Assembly: GCA_044343545.1 (NCBI GenBank)
Contig: JAWBZR010000001.1
Location: forward strand, 23,992-87,991
DNA: 64,000 nucleotides
Direction of reading: 5' to 3'
Source: Candidatus Aenigmatarchaeota archaeon
GTDB lineage: Archaea; Aenigmatarchaeota; Aenigmatarchaeia; CG10238-14
Shown here in pieces: positions 19,004 to 28,694 of the stretch (within the stretch, counting starts at the first letter, position 1; each line of letters begins with the position of its first letter). Made by a program: the position numbers and the translations under genes. Below the pieces are notes generated by a model that was given only the letters and a program-made list of their open reading frames with translations, was not told the DNA's origin and did not search any database.

Positions 19004-19282
19004 TTGTTATTTATGGTCAATTTGAAAATTTTATTTTTCACTGATGAAGATGGCGTATCTAATTTGCAAATGGATATATTGAAAGAAATTAAAAGAAAAT
19101 ATAAATACATGGAATTATTAAAAATAAACAAGAATGAGGAAGAACTTGTAAAAAAATATGACGTTAAGGAGTTTCCGACAGTAATAATAGATAGCGGAAA
19201 TGGAATTAAAAGATTTTCCGGTTTGACTCAAAGCTTATTTTTGGAAAGGGCAATAAATGAATTAATAACTATGAATATTTAA
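19004..19282 (+). CDS. Thioredoxin-fold small protein lacking active-site cysteines
   Basis: KILFFTDEDGVS...EFPTVIID has a thioredoxin-like beta-alpha-beta pattern with no Cys. Confidence 0.35.
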   Translation: MLFMVNLKILFFTDEDGVSNLQMDILKEIKRKYKYMELLKINKNEEELVKKYDVKEFPTVIIDSGNGIKRFSGLTQSLFLERAINELITMNI

Positions 19283-19293
19283 TTATTTAGGGT

Positions 19294-20805
19294 ATGAAGA
19301 GGCTTGCTTTTATAAATTATGAAAATTTTCAGCCGAGATTGTATCAAGAAATGATAGCCTTAACAGCGATACAAAGAAATACATTATGCATATTACCTAC
19401 AGGTCTAGGAAAGACTTATATAGCTATACTCGTAGCTGCATGGGTTTTAGAAAATAAACCAAACAGTAAAGTTTTACTACTAGCACCAACAAGACCTCTC
19501 GTTAATCAACACTTTAATACGTTCATCAATCATATGAAATTAGAAAAATCTCTATTTGCTGCCCTAACCGGAAAAATAAAACCAGATGAAAGAAAAATTC
19601 TATATGAAAAATGCAGGGTATTTTTTGCGACACCACAAATAATAAAAAATGATATAGAAAATGGTATTTTAGATTTAAGCAAGTTTTATTTGTTGATAGT
19701 TGACGAATGTCATAGATCTGTTAAAAAGTATGCTTATACTGATGTTGCTGAAAAGTATTTTTCCCAATCATTCGATCCATTAGTTTTGGGTTTAACCGCA
19801 TCTCCTGGAGGAATGCAGGACAAAATTGAAGAAATTAAGAAAAATTTAAGAATAGAAGCTATAGAAGTTAGAACAGAGAAAGATTTCGACGTGAAACCTT
19901 ATGTTAAAAGTGTTGAGATAGAAAAGATTTACATAGAAATGCCAGAAGAGTTCAAACAAATAAGAGCAATGTTAGAAGATTTTTACAAAGAATATTTAAA
20001 TGAATTGGTAAAAAATAATCTACTTCAGTCATTGAATTCAACTAAAAGAGAATTGTTAGATTTACAAAAAAAATTGGGTGAAGCATATAACAATACAAAA
20101 GATAAAAGGTTTGCATACTATCTTGTTTTGACAACTCAAGCAATAAAGATAGAGCATGCATTAAATTTGTTGGAAACCCAAGGCATTTTTCCTTTACATA
20201 AATATCTTATTGAATTGAAGAAAGACAAGTCTCAATCATCCAGAAAAATTGTGAATGATAGAAGATTTTTGGATGTTTTAAGAAAGGTAAATGAGTTTTA
20301 TATAAAGGGTTACGAGCATCCGAAGCTCAACAAACTTGTAGAGATTGTAAAAAATGAAATTGAAAAAAAGAAAAACGTTAAAATCATAGTTTTTGCTAAC
20401 TATAGAGATACTGTTAATTTAATAAAAGTCCATTTGGAAAAAAATGGAATTGAAGCAAGAGAATTTATAGGTCAAGCAAAAAAAAGTGGTAAAGGATTGT
20501 CTCAAAAAGAGCAAGTGAAGATACTAAACGAATTTAGTTATGAGCTTTTTAATGTGTTAATAGCAACAAGCATAGGGGAAGAAGGTATCTCTATTCCAGA
20601 TGTAGATGTAGTTATATTCTACGAAGCTATACCAAGCGAAATAAGAAGTATACAAAGAAGAGGTAGAACAGGGAGGACTTCCACCGGTAAAGTTATATTT
20701 TTGATTACAAAAGGTACAAGAGACGAAGCGTATTTTTGGAGCGCTGTTCACAAAGAAAAAAGGATGAAAAACATTATAAGCGATATAAAATCTAAATTAA
20801 AATAG
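19294..20805 (+). CDS. hef: Hef/FANCM-type SF2 helicase (helicase moiety only)
   Basis: RLYQEMIALTAIQRNTLCILPTGLGKTYIA (motif I), DECHRS (motif II) and the C-terminal helicase motif QRRGRTGR. It ends with TAG at 20803-20805. Confidence 0.8.
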   Translation: MKRLAFINYENFQPRLYQEMIALTAIQRNTLCILPTGLGKTYIAILVAAWVLENKPNSKVLLLAPTRPLVNQHFNTFINHMKLEKSLFAALTGKIKPDERKILYEKCRVFFATPQIIKNDIENGILDLSKFYLLIVDECHRSVKKYAYTDVAEKYFSQSFDPLVLGLTASPGGMQDKIEEIKKNLRIEAIEVRTEKDFDVKPYVKSVEIEKIYIEMPEEFKQIRAMLEDFYKEYLNELVKNNLLQSLNSTKRELLDLQKKLGEAYNNTKDKRFAYYLVLTTQAIKIEHALNLLETQGIFPLHKYLIELKKDKSQSSRKIVNDRRFLDVLRKVNEFYIKGYEHPKLNKLVEIVKNEIEKKKNVKIIVFANYRDTVNLIKVHLEKNGIEAREFIGQAKKSGKGLSQKEQVKILNEFSYELFNVLIATSIGEEGISIPDVDVVIFYEAIPSEIRSIQRRGRTGRTSTGKVIFLITKGTRDEAYFWSAVHKEKRMKNIISDIKSKLK

Positions 20806-20812
20806 TGAGTTT

Positions 20813-21472
20813 ATGCAAAGTACATTAAAAACAAACAAAATATTTATCTTAGCGGATGATAGAGAAAGAAATAGTAAAGTTTCGGAGTATCTTAAAGAAT
20901 TTGGAGCCATAGTAAATTTTAAAAGAATTGAGGTGGGGGATTTTTTAATTTCAGAAGATGTTTGCATAGAAAGAAAGGAAGTTAACGATTTCATATCTTC
21001 AATAATTGATGGAAGATTGTTCAGACAAGTAGAGGAAATGAAAAAATGCTATAAAAAAGTTTTGTTAATAATAGAAGGAATAAAAAATAATGAAAGAATA
21101 ACAGAAAATGCATATAAAGGAGCTATAGCAAGTTTAATAATAAATTATGATGTTAGTGTAATCATTGTCGAAAATGAAAAAGAAGTTGCCAGAATGATAT
21201 ATTTCTTAGCAAAAAAAGAACAGGATGAATTTAAAAAAAGTGTTTGCATAAAAAAGAAAAAAAATATAGAAAACATTTCAGAATTGCAACAATTTTTCTT
21301 ATCATCATTGCCCGGAGTTTCTCGAATTATCTCGAAGAGAATGTTGCAGAAGTTCGGTAGAATAAGAGATATAGTTAATGCAAGTGAAAATGAATTAAAG
21401 TCGGTGAAAGGTTTGAAGAAAAAAGACGCTAAAACGATATACCAAATATTTAATGAAAAATTTTGCGAATAA
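20813..21472 (+). CDS. XPF/Hef ERCC4 nuclease domain protein with HhH2
   Basis: VGDFLISEDVCIERKEVNDFISS is the GDF..ERK..DF ERCC4 active site. The C-terminal HhH2 is LPGVSRIISKRMLQKFG...L..VKGL. It is a separate ORF in a different frame, starting 8 nt after the helicase ORF. Confidence 0.8.
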   Translation: MQSTLKTNKIFILADDRERNSKVSEYLKEFGAIVNFKRIEVGDFLISEDVCIERKEVNDFISSIIDGRLFRQVEEMKKCYKKVLLIIEGIKNNERITENAYKGAIASLIINYDVSVIIVENEKEVARMIYFLAKKEQDEFKKSVCIKKKKNIENISELQQFFLSSLPGVSRIISKRMLQKFGRIRDIVNASENELKSVKGLKKKDAKTIYQIFNEKFCE

Positions 21473-21527
21473 AATTTCAAGTAAACAATTTATAAAGTTA
21501 AAATTATATTTATTTTTTGTGATATAA

Positions 21528-22499
21528 ATGCAAATTTTTGATCTCATCATTATTGGTGCAGGTCCTGCAGGCATGACTGCAGGTATATTTGCCTCAAGAA
21601 GATCACTAAAAACCGTGATTATAGGCGAGGTTATCGGTGGTCAGGTAGCTTCAACAAGATGGATAGAAAATTATCCTGGATTTAAGCAAATAGAATCTTA
21701 TGAACTAATTAAAAGATTCGAAGATCATGTAAAAAGTCTTAATGTTGACATAATTCAAGAGGTTGTTACGGAAATAAAAGAAATTGATGATGGATTTATC
21801 GTAAAAACAAACTCTCAAGAATATAAGGGCAAAGCTATAATACTTGCTTTTGGTAAAACACCTAGAACTTTGGGTGTGCCTGGGGAAAAAGAATATACAG
21901 GCAAAGGTGTATCTTATTGTGCCAATTGTGATGCTCCTTTATTCAAGGGGAAAACCGTTGCTGTCGTCGGGGGAGGTAATTCTGCATTTGAAGCTGCTCA
22001 CTTACTTTCGCAAATAGCATCAAAGGTTTATTTGATACATAGATCTGAAAATTTTAGAGCATTTGAGACTATTGTTGATGAAGTCAAAAAAAGAGGCGTA
22101 GAATTCTTGTTAAACACAGAAATAAGGGAAATAAAAGGTGATAGATTTGTAAGATCAATAATTGTTGAAAATAACAAAACTGGTAAAAGAGATGAAATGA
22201 AAATAGATGGTGTGTTTATAGAAATAGGATCGGAAGTAAAAACGGATCTTGTTAAGAATTTAGTGAAAATTGATCAAAGCAATCACGTCGTTGTAAATCA
22301 AAGATGTGAAACATTTTACCCGAATTCTGACAAAATTAGACCAGGTATATTTGCTGCTGGTGATTTGACGAACGTTCCATTCAAACAAATAATAGTGGCT
22401 GCAGGTGAAGGTTGCAAGGCTGCTCTGCAAGCTTATAATTACATTCATAATATAGAAACGGGTGATGTTGTTGGTGAATGGTCTGCAGGAAAAAAATGA
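21528..22499 (+). CDS. trxB: Thioredoxin reductase
   Basis: FDLIIIGAGPAGMTAG FAD site, CANCD redox-active CxxC, and VVGGGNSAFEAA NADPH site. Confidence 0.85.
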   Translation: MQIFDLIIIGAGPAGMTAGIFASRRSLKTVIIGEVIGGQVASTRWIENYPGFKQIESYELIKRFEDHVKSLNVDIIQEVVTEIKEIDDGFIVKTNSQEYKGKAIILAFGKTPRTLGVPGEKEYTGKGVSYCANCDAPLFKGKTVAVVGGGNSAFEAAHLLSQIASKVYLIHRSENFRAFETIVDEVKKRGVEFLLNTEIREIKGDRFVRSIIVENNKTGKRDEMKIDGVFIEIGSEVKTDLVKNLVKIDQSNHVVVNQRCETFYPNSDKIRPGIFAAGDLTNVPFKQIIVAAGEGCKAALQAYNYIHNIETGDVVGEWSAGKK

Positions 22500-22510
22500 G
22501 GTGATGAAAA

Positions 22511-23599
22511 GTGTTTGACCAATTTGGCCCAGAAAAAATAATGCAAACTTATGATCCAAAAAGTGGTATGAGAGGTATATTAGTTATCGACAATACTGCT
22601 CTAGGTCCTGGCAAAGGTGGAATAAGAATGACTCCTACTGTTTCTGTTGAAGAAGTTTTTAGATTAGCAAGAACTATGACTTGGAAAAATGCCCTGGCAG
22701 AATTACCTTTTGGAGGAGCTAAAGGTGGAATAATAGCTGATCCTAAAAATATGAGCGAAGATAAGAAGAAAGAAATAATACAAGCTTATGCTCGTTCACT
22801 AAAAGAAGTTTGTCCTAGCATTTATGTTGCTGGACCTGACGTAAATACAAATGAACAATCGATGAAATGGTTTGCAGAAGCTATTGGAGACAAAAGAGCT
22901 TGTACTGGTAAACCAAAAGAAATGGGTGGCTTGCCGCACGAGCTTGGCTCTACTGGTTTTGGAGTTGCACACGCAACAAAAGTCGCTTTGAAAAAAGTTG
23001 ATATTAGTTTGAGTGAAGCAAGCATTGCAATAGAAGGTTATGGAAATGTTGGAACTTTTGCTCACAAGTTTTTAAGTGAATGGGGAGCTAAAATAGTTGC
23101 CGTTAGTGATAGCAAAGGTGTTATATATGATGAAAAAGGATTGAACTATGAAGAGTTAATGAAAGTAAAACAAGAAACTGGCTCTGTTATTAATTATAAA
23201 AATGGAAAGGTGTTGCCAAATAAAGAAATATTTGAATTGAAAGTAGATGTTTTAATTCCTGCTGCATTACCAGACGTAATAAATGAAAGTAATTACAAAA
23301 ATGTTAAAGCCAAAGTTATAGTTGAAGCTGGAAATATAGTAATGAGCGAAGAGATTGAAGGTAAATTGCATGACAAAGGTGTATTGGTAGTACCTGATTT
23401 TGCAGCTAATGCAGGTGGTGTTATTTCTTCTTGGGTAGAATATATAGGTAAAGACGAAAAATATATGTTTAAAGTTGTCGAAGAAAAGATTACTAAAAAT
23501 GTTGGATTAGTTTTGGAAAAATCAGAAAAAGAAGGAATAAAACCAAGAGATGCTGCTTTGGAAATAGCCAAAGAAAGAGTTTTAAAGGCGATGAAATAA
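22511..23599 (+). CDS. Glu/Leu/Phe/Val dehydrogenase family amino-acid dehydrogenase
   Basis: GPGKGGIRM and LPFGGAKGGI catalytic motifs, then a Rossmann GYGNVG. At 362 aa it is shorter than a typical GDH. Confidence 0.8.
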   Translation: MFDQFGPEKIMQTYDPKSGMRGILVIDNTALGPGKGGIRMTPTVSVEEVFRLARTMTWKNALAELPFGGAKGGIIADPKNMSEDKKKEIIQAYARSLKEVCPSIYVAGPDVNTNEQSMKWFAEAIGDKRACTGKPKEMGGLPHELGSTGFGVAHATKVALKKVDISLSEASIAIEGYGNVGTFAHKFLSEWGAKIVAVSDSKGVIYDEKGLNYEELMKVKQETGSVINYKNGKVLPNKEIFELKVDVLIPAALPDVINESNYKNVKAKVIVEAGNIVMSEEIEGKLHDKGVLVVPDFAANAGGVISSWVEYIGKDEKYMFKVVEEKITKNVGLVLEKSEKEGIKPRDAALEIAKERVLKAMK

Positions 23600-23638
23600 A
23601 AAACACAGTTTTAAAATTTTCTCTTTTAATATTATTTC

Positions 23639-24151
23639 ATGAAAAACAGAATTGTTGGTTTGATAATAATAAGTATAGCTCTACTTATAGGATTTATAAT
23701 TTATGCTTTTAATAGAGCTCTAACAGAAATTGTTAATACTAGCTGCTCACATGGGCCAGAATGTCCAATGTGGGGAAGCATTAATTTTCATACAAACATA
23801 AGTATAGGTATAATGATTTTTGTCTTGCTTATAGGTTTATATCTATTCTTTTTTGGGCAAGATGAAAAAATTGTAAAAGAAGTAAGAGTTATAAGAAAAC
23901 CTGATAAAAAAGAATCTAAAAATATTCCTGAAACATCTTTCGTTCAACAAAAAAATCTTACATATGAAGAAAAATTTGTAATAGAGAAAATAATTGAAGC
24001 AGAAGGAAGTATTTTACAATCTGAGCTTGTAGAAAAAACAAACTATTCAAAAGTAAAGATAACAAGAATTTTAGATAAATTAGAAGCAAAGGGTTTGATA
24101 GAAAGAAAGAGAAGGGGTATGACTAATCTAGTAGTTTTGAAAAAACAGTGA
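23639..24151 (+). CDS. Membrane-anchored winged-helix transcriptional regulator (putative metal sensor)
   Basis: Two TM helices flank a Cys/His/Met-rich loop CSHGPECPMWGS. The C-terminal wHTH is LQSELVEKTNYSKVKITRILDKLEAKGLIERKRRG. Confidence 0.55.
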   Translation: MKNRIVGLIIISIALLIGFIIYAFNRALTEIVNTSCSHGPECPMWGSINFHTNISIGIMIFVLLIGLYLFFFGQDEKIVKEVRVIRKPDKKESKNIPETSFVQQKNLTYEEKFVIEKIIEAEGSILQSELVEKTNYSKVKITRILDKLEAKGLIERKRRGMTNLVVLKKQ

Positions 24152-24200
24152 AACTAGTTTCATACAATGGTTTATAAGGTGTTTCTCTGTATAGTTTTTC

Positions 24201-25106
24201 ATGACAAACAAAAAAGATGTAAAAAAAGATATTGAAATAAAAGGAATGCATTGCAGCAGTTGTGTAAAAAATATTGAAAATACACTAATGAACTTAAAGG
24301 GCGTTAAGAAAGTAAAGGTAAGTTTAGAAGATGAAAAAGCTTCAGTAATTTTTGATTCAAGTAAAATTAGTGAAGATGATATAAAAAAAGCTATAAATAA
24401 ATTGGGTTATAAGACAGATTTGGCATCAAACTCTAATATAAAACAAGGTATTTTATATGGTTTAATACCACATATAGGTTGTATTGCATTTGTTTTGGCA
24501 TCTATTCTAGGTGCTACATTTTTCACACAATTTTTCAAACCACTTTTAATGAGTAGATATTTCTTCTATATTTTAATATTAATATCAGTAATATTTGCAA
24601 CAATATCTTCATATTTTTATTTGAAAAAAAATAATTTGATTTCACAAAAAGGAATAAAGAGGAGTTGGAAGTATTTAGCTACTATGTATGGAACAACAAT
24701 CTCAATTAATCTTTTGTTTTTCCTGTTTATATTCCCTATATTGACAAATGTTTCAGCACAGAATAATAAGAATAATAATATTGCATATACAACTGGAAGC
24801 AACATAAAAATATCTGTAGATATACCTTGCTCAGGGCATGCTCCATTAATAGTTGACGAACTGAAGAAATTAAACGGAGTAAATAATGTAAAATTCGATT
24901 TTCCAAATATTTTTGTTATATATTATGATAATACAAAAACAACAAAACAAGATATATTGTCTCTAGACGTTTTCAAAGAATATCCTGCTACTGTAATTAG
25001 CGAAAATGATGTTTCAGCTTCAACCGTTTATTCTTCTAATGCATTATCTGTTGGTTCTGGTTCATGTGATTTAAATGGGGGTTGTGGATGTGGTTTAAAA
25101 AGGTGA
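24201..25106 (+). CDS. Membrane protein with N-terminal HMA domain (MHCSSC), a second degenerate HMA-like domain and Cys-rich tail
   Basis: An HMA fold IEIKGMHCSSCVKNIENTL...VKV is followed by about 4 TM helices. A second beta-alpha-beta-beta-alpha-beta-like domain carries CSGH. The tail is GSGSCDLNGGCGCG. Confidence 0.55.
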   Translation: MTNKKDVKKDIEIKGMHCSSCVKNIENTLMNLKGVKKVKVSLEDEKASVIFDSSKISEDDIKKAINKLGYKTDLASNSNIKQGILYGLIPHIGCIAFVLASILGATFFTQFFKPLLMSRYFFYILILISVIFATISSYFYLKKNNLISQKGIKRSWKYLATMYGTTISINLLFFLFIFPILTNVSAQNNKNNNIAYTTGSNIKISVDIPCSGHAPLIVDELKKLNGVNNVKFDFPNIFVIYYDNTKTTKQDILSLDVFKEYPATVISENDVSASTVYSSNALSVGSGSCDLNGGCGCGLKR

Positions 25107-25148
25107 AATAAATGAAGGAAAAAACAGATAAAAACAAAATTATTAACT

Positions 25149-25160
25149 TGATTCTTCGAA
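25149..25160 (+). repeat. 12-nt motif TGATTCTTCGAA, copy 1
   Basis: Exact 12-nt direct repeat in the HMA-protein/copA spacer. It contains the palindromic core TTCGAA. Confidence 0.4.
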
Positions 25161-25294
25161 TAACACTAATCATAACTTTGTTTAATACATTTATGGTTTT
25201 TAATTTAAGCAAAAACAGAATAGATTTCAATGATATAAAAGAAATTTTGTCAAAAACCTATGGTTAAATAATAAAAATAATGAAGTGAAGTTAA

Positions 25295-25306
25295 TGATTC
25301 TTCGAA
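25295..25306 (+). repeat. 12-nt motif TGATTCTTCGAA, copy 2
   Basis: Second exact copy, 146 nt downstream. It overlaps the ATG of a 42-codon ORF whose TGA overlaps the copA ATG. Confidence 0.4.
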
Positions 25307-25421
25307 AGATTCAAAATATGATTTTAGATGGAAATAGAATATTAGAAAATTTAGCAGAAAAGAGCTTTTTATTCATAAAAAGAAACGTTACTTCTATTTG
25401 TGGCATAGAAGGTGGTTGTTG

Positions 25422-27569
25422 ATGAAGAAAAAAACAATATTAATAGCTGGGATGCATTGTGCTTCATGTGCTCAGAATATAGAAAATAATATAAAGAAAT
25501 TAAAAGGTGTTAAAAAGGTTAATGTTAGTTTTGCTAATGAAAAAGCTTATGTTGAATATGATGAGAATTTGAGAGATGAAGAAATATTCAATGCTATTAC
25601 GGATTTAGGATATAAAGTTGTTTCAACAAATGATGATTACAAAACCAGAGAGATAAAAAGTTTGAAAAGATTATTCCTATTTTCATTTCTTTTGTCATTT
25701 CCAATATTTTTGTTTTCAATGCCATTTGAATGGTTAGGAATAGATATTCCAAACAAAGGCTTTATTTTGTTTTTGTTAGCAACTCCTGTTCAATTTATTG
25801 TTGGATATAGATTCTATAAAAGTGCTTTTCTTGCTTTAAAGGCTAAAACTGCTAATATGGATACATTAATAGCGTTGGGTACTTCTGCTGCATATTTTTA
25901 TAGTGTTTTTGTTTTGTTCTTTGGAAAAGGAGATCATCTATATTTTGAAACATCTTCTTTACTTGTAACATTTGTAATTCTCGGGAAAATGCTTGAATCT
26001 ATGGCTAAAGGAAAGGCATCTGATGCAATAAAAAAATTGATGTTGCTTCAACCAAAAAAAGCAATTGTTTTAAGGGATGGAAAAGAAATTGAAATAGATG
26101 TTGATCAAGTCAATTTAAATGATATTATTATTGTTAGACCTGGACAAAAAATACCTGTTGATGGTATTGTTTTAGATGGAAATTCAGCTGTCGATGAATC
26201 TATTCTTACAGGCGAGTCAATGCCAGTTGATAAGAAAAGAGGTGATAAAGTTATAGGTGGCACTATGAACAAATATGGAACACTAAAAATAAAAGCAGAA
26301 AAATTTGGAAAAGAAACCTTTCTAAGTCAAATAATAAAATTAGTAGAAGACGTGCAAAACAGCAAAGCACCTATACAAAAAATAGCCGATAAAATTAGCT
26401 CTATTTTTGTTCCTATTGTTTTATCTATAGCAATTATTGCATTTTCTTTATGGTTTTTTGTGTTTAAAATGGGATTTGATTTTTCAATAATGATATTCGT
26501 CTCTGTTTTGATCATTGCTTGTCCTTGTGCATTAGGTTTGGCTACACCAACAGCAATAATTGTTGGATCTGGTAAAGCTGCTGAAAATGGAATAATTTTC
26601 AAAAACTCAGAGGCTCTTGAAAATCTAAATAGAATTGATGTTTTTGTTTTTGATAAAACTGGTACTTTGACTAAAGGAAAAATAGTTGTAACAGATATAG
26701 TTGGTAAAGATGTTTTAAAATATGCTGCTATTGTTGAAAGCAAATCAGAGCATCCTATAGCTCAAGCTATTGTTGAAAAAGCAAAAGAAATGAAAATAAA
26801 AATTGAAGAAGCAGAAAAAATTGAAGTAAAACCTGGCAAAGGTATAATTGGTTTATGGAAAAAAAAGAAGATAATTGTAGGTAATATCAAATTAATCGAA
26901 GAAAACAAGGTAAATATAGGAAAATTTTCTGAAAAGATAGAGCAATTAGAAAATCAAGGAAAAACTACTATGATTGTTGCAATTGATAGAAAAGTTGTTG
27001 GGTTAATAGCTGTTGCTGATAGTATTAAAGAAAATGCTAAAGAAGTAGTTGCTGAATTAAAAAGAATGAATAAAAAAGTTGTTATGATAACTGGAGATAA
27101 TAAAAAAGTTGCTGAAAATATAGCTAGAGAAATAGGTATAGAAGAATATATAGCTGAAGTTCTGCCGCAAGAAAAAGAAGAGCATGTAGCAAAACTTCAA
27201 AAAAAATATAAAGTTGCTTTTGTTGGTGATGGTATAAACGATGCACCTGCTCTTGCAAGGGCTGATGTAGGTATTGCTATTGGTGCTGGAACAGATATTG
27301 CTTTAGAAGCTGGTGAAGTTGTTTTAGTTAAAAATGATTTGAATGATGTTTTAAAAGCTATAAAGATAAGCAAGTATACTGTTAAAAAAATAAAACAAAA
27401 TTTATTTTGGGCTTTCTTTTATAATTCTTTGGGTATACCAATAGCTGCTGGAGCAATATATCCATTTACAGGTTTTCTACTCAATCCAATAATAGCTGGT
27501 ATTGCTATGGCTTTAAGCTCTGTTTCAGTTGTTAGTAATTCTTTACTTATGAAAAGATACAAAGTTTAA
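25422..27569 (+). CDS. copA: Copper-translocating P1B-type ATPase
   Basis: N-terminal HMA (GMHCASC), CPC motif ([12 protein letters not shown]), DKTGTLT phosphorylation site and GDGINDAP. The ATG at 25422 was chosen over the upstream TTG at 25398. Confidence 0.9.
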   Translation: MKKKTILIAGMHCASCAQNIENNIKKLKGVKKVNVSFANEKAYVEYDENLRDEEIFNAITDLGYKVVSTNDDYKTREIKSLKRLFLFSFLLSFPIFLFSMPFEWLGIDIPNKGFILFLLATPVQFIVGYRFYKSAFLALKAKTANMDTLIALGTSAAYFYSVFVLFFGKGDHLYFETSSLLVTFVILGKMLESMAKGKASDAIKKLMLLQPKKAIVLRDGKEIEIDVDQVNLNDIIIVRPGQKIPVDGIVLDGNSAVDESILTGESMPVDKKRGDKVIGGTMNKYGTLKIKAEKFGKETFLSQIIKLVEDVQNSKAPIQKIADKISSIFVPIVLSIAIIAFSLWFFVFKMGFDFSIMIFVSVLIIACPCALGLATPTAIIVGSGKAAENGIIFKNSEALENLNRIDVFVFDKTGTLTKGKIVVTDIVGKDVLKYAAIVESKSEHPIAQAIVEKAKEMKIKIEEAEKIEVKPGKGIIGLWKKKKIIVGNIKLIEENKVNIGKFSEKIEQLENQGKTTMIVAIDRKVVGLIAVADSIKENAKEVVAELKRMNKKVVMITGDNKKVAENIAREIGIEEYIAEVLPQEKEEHVAKLQKKYKVAFVGDGINDAPALARADVGIAIGAGTDIALEAGEVVLVKNDLNDVLKAIKISKYTVKKIKQNLFWAFFYNSLGIPIAAGAIYPFTGFLLNPIIAGIAMALSSVSVVSNSLLMKRYKV

Positions 27570-27953
27570 TTTTTTAAAAATATTTTTAATTTGTTTTTCG
27601 TCACAATAATAAAAATGAGAAATGCATTTACAATCACTTGAACCAAATTTTTTTATTGGCTTGAATTTTTTTGATAATATTTTAGCCAAAAAACATTCAA
27701 TTTTTCTATTTTCAAAAACTAAAACATCGACTATTTTTGCATACTTGTTATTTAAAAAATAATCTATATGCCACTTTAACTTTTTATTTTTTCTTAAATG
27801 TCTACTAATTCTATTTTCTATATTAATTGGTTTTCCAAAAGCTGAGCCGATATAACAATAATAACCTTTTCTGAAATTTATCTCACCCAAACTACCTATT
27901 TTAATCTTTTGATCTTTCTTTAATTCAATTAAAAGTATGTAAGTTCCGAACAT
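27543..27953 (-). CDS. GIY-YIG superfamily protein (DUF123-like)
   Basis: GTYILLIEL...YYCYIGSA matches GIY-YIG / DUF123. Its 3' end overlaps the copA 3' end by 27 nt, convergently. Confidence 0.5.
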   Translation of the reverse strand: MFGTYILLIELKKDQKIKIGSLGEINFRKGYYCYIGSAFGKPINIENRISRHLRKNKKLKWHIDYFLNNKYAKIVDVLVFENRKIECFLAKILSKKFKPIKKFGSSDCKCISHFYYCDEKQIKNIFKKLNFVSFHK

Positions 27954-27992
27954 TTATTAAATCTTTTAAATACAAATAATATAATTTTTTAC

Positions 27993-28682
27993 GTGAAAGT
28001 TGCCATAGTTTCTCAAAATAATTTTAGTTTAATAAAAAAGATCGAATCAGCTGGCATAAAAATAGTTAAAGAAAATCCTGATATAGTTATATCAATAGGT
28101 GGAGATGGAACTATATTGCTTAGCGAAAGATTATATCCTTCTATACCAAAATTGGCAATAAAGACAAGCAGTACATGTAGAAAATGTCAATACACGCCAT
28201 CTCAGATTAAAAATGTTTTAGAGTTGATAAAAAAAGGTAAATATAAAATTGAGGAAGAAAACAAAATTGAGGTAAGATTCAAAAATTACAAACTATTAGC
28301 ATTAAATGAAATACAATTGCATAATAAAAAACCTACTGTGGCTATTAGATTTTCTGTTGAAGCCGATGGTTTTAGGCAAGAAAATGTAATCGGTGACGGT
28401 TTAATAGTGTCAACACCTTTTGGTTCAACCGGATATTACATGTCCATAACGGGGAAAAAATTCAAAAAAGGTTTAGGTTTGGCTTTTAACAATCCTCATA
28501 ACATAAAAATCAAAGGTATAGTTCTCGATGAAAATGCAAAAATAAAAGTGAAACTATTAAGAGAGGAAGCTTGGTTGATAAGAGATAACGATGATAATTT
28601 TTTGAATTTGGAAAAAGGCGATAAATTTAAAGTTGTAAAGTCAAAAGAAAAAGCTAGATTTATCAAAATTAAATTTTATTGA
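27993..28682 (+). CDS. nadK: NAD kinase
   Basis: The GGDGT motif (ISIGGDGTIL) and NE/D short motif (ALNEI) are present. The gene starts with GTG. Confidence 0.7.
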   Translation: MKVAIVSQNNFSLIKKIESAGIKIVKENPDIVISIGGDGTILLSERLYPSIPKLAIKTSSTCRKCQYTPSQIKNVLELIKKGKYKIEEENKIEVRFKNYKLLALNEIQLHNKKPTVAIRFSVEADGFRQENVIGDGLIVSTPFGSTGYYMSITGKKFKKGLGLAFNNPHNIKIKGIVLDENAKIKVKLLREEAWLIRDNDDNFLNLEKGDKFKVVKSKEKARFIKIKFY

Positions 28683-28694
28683 TAATTTATTTTA

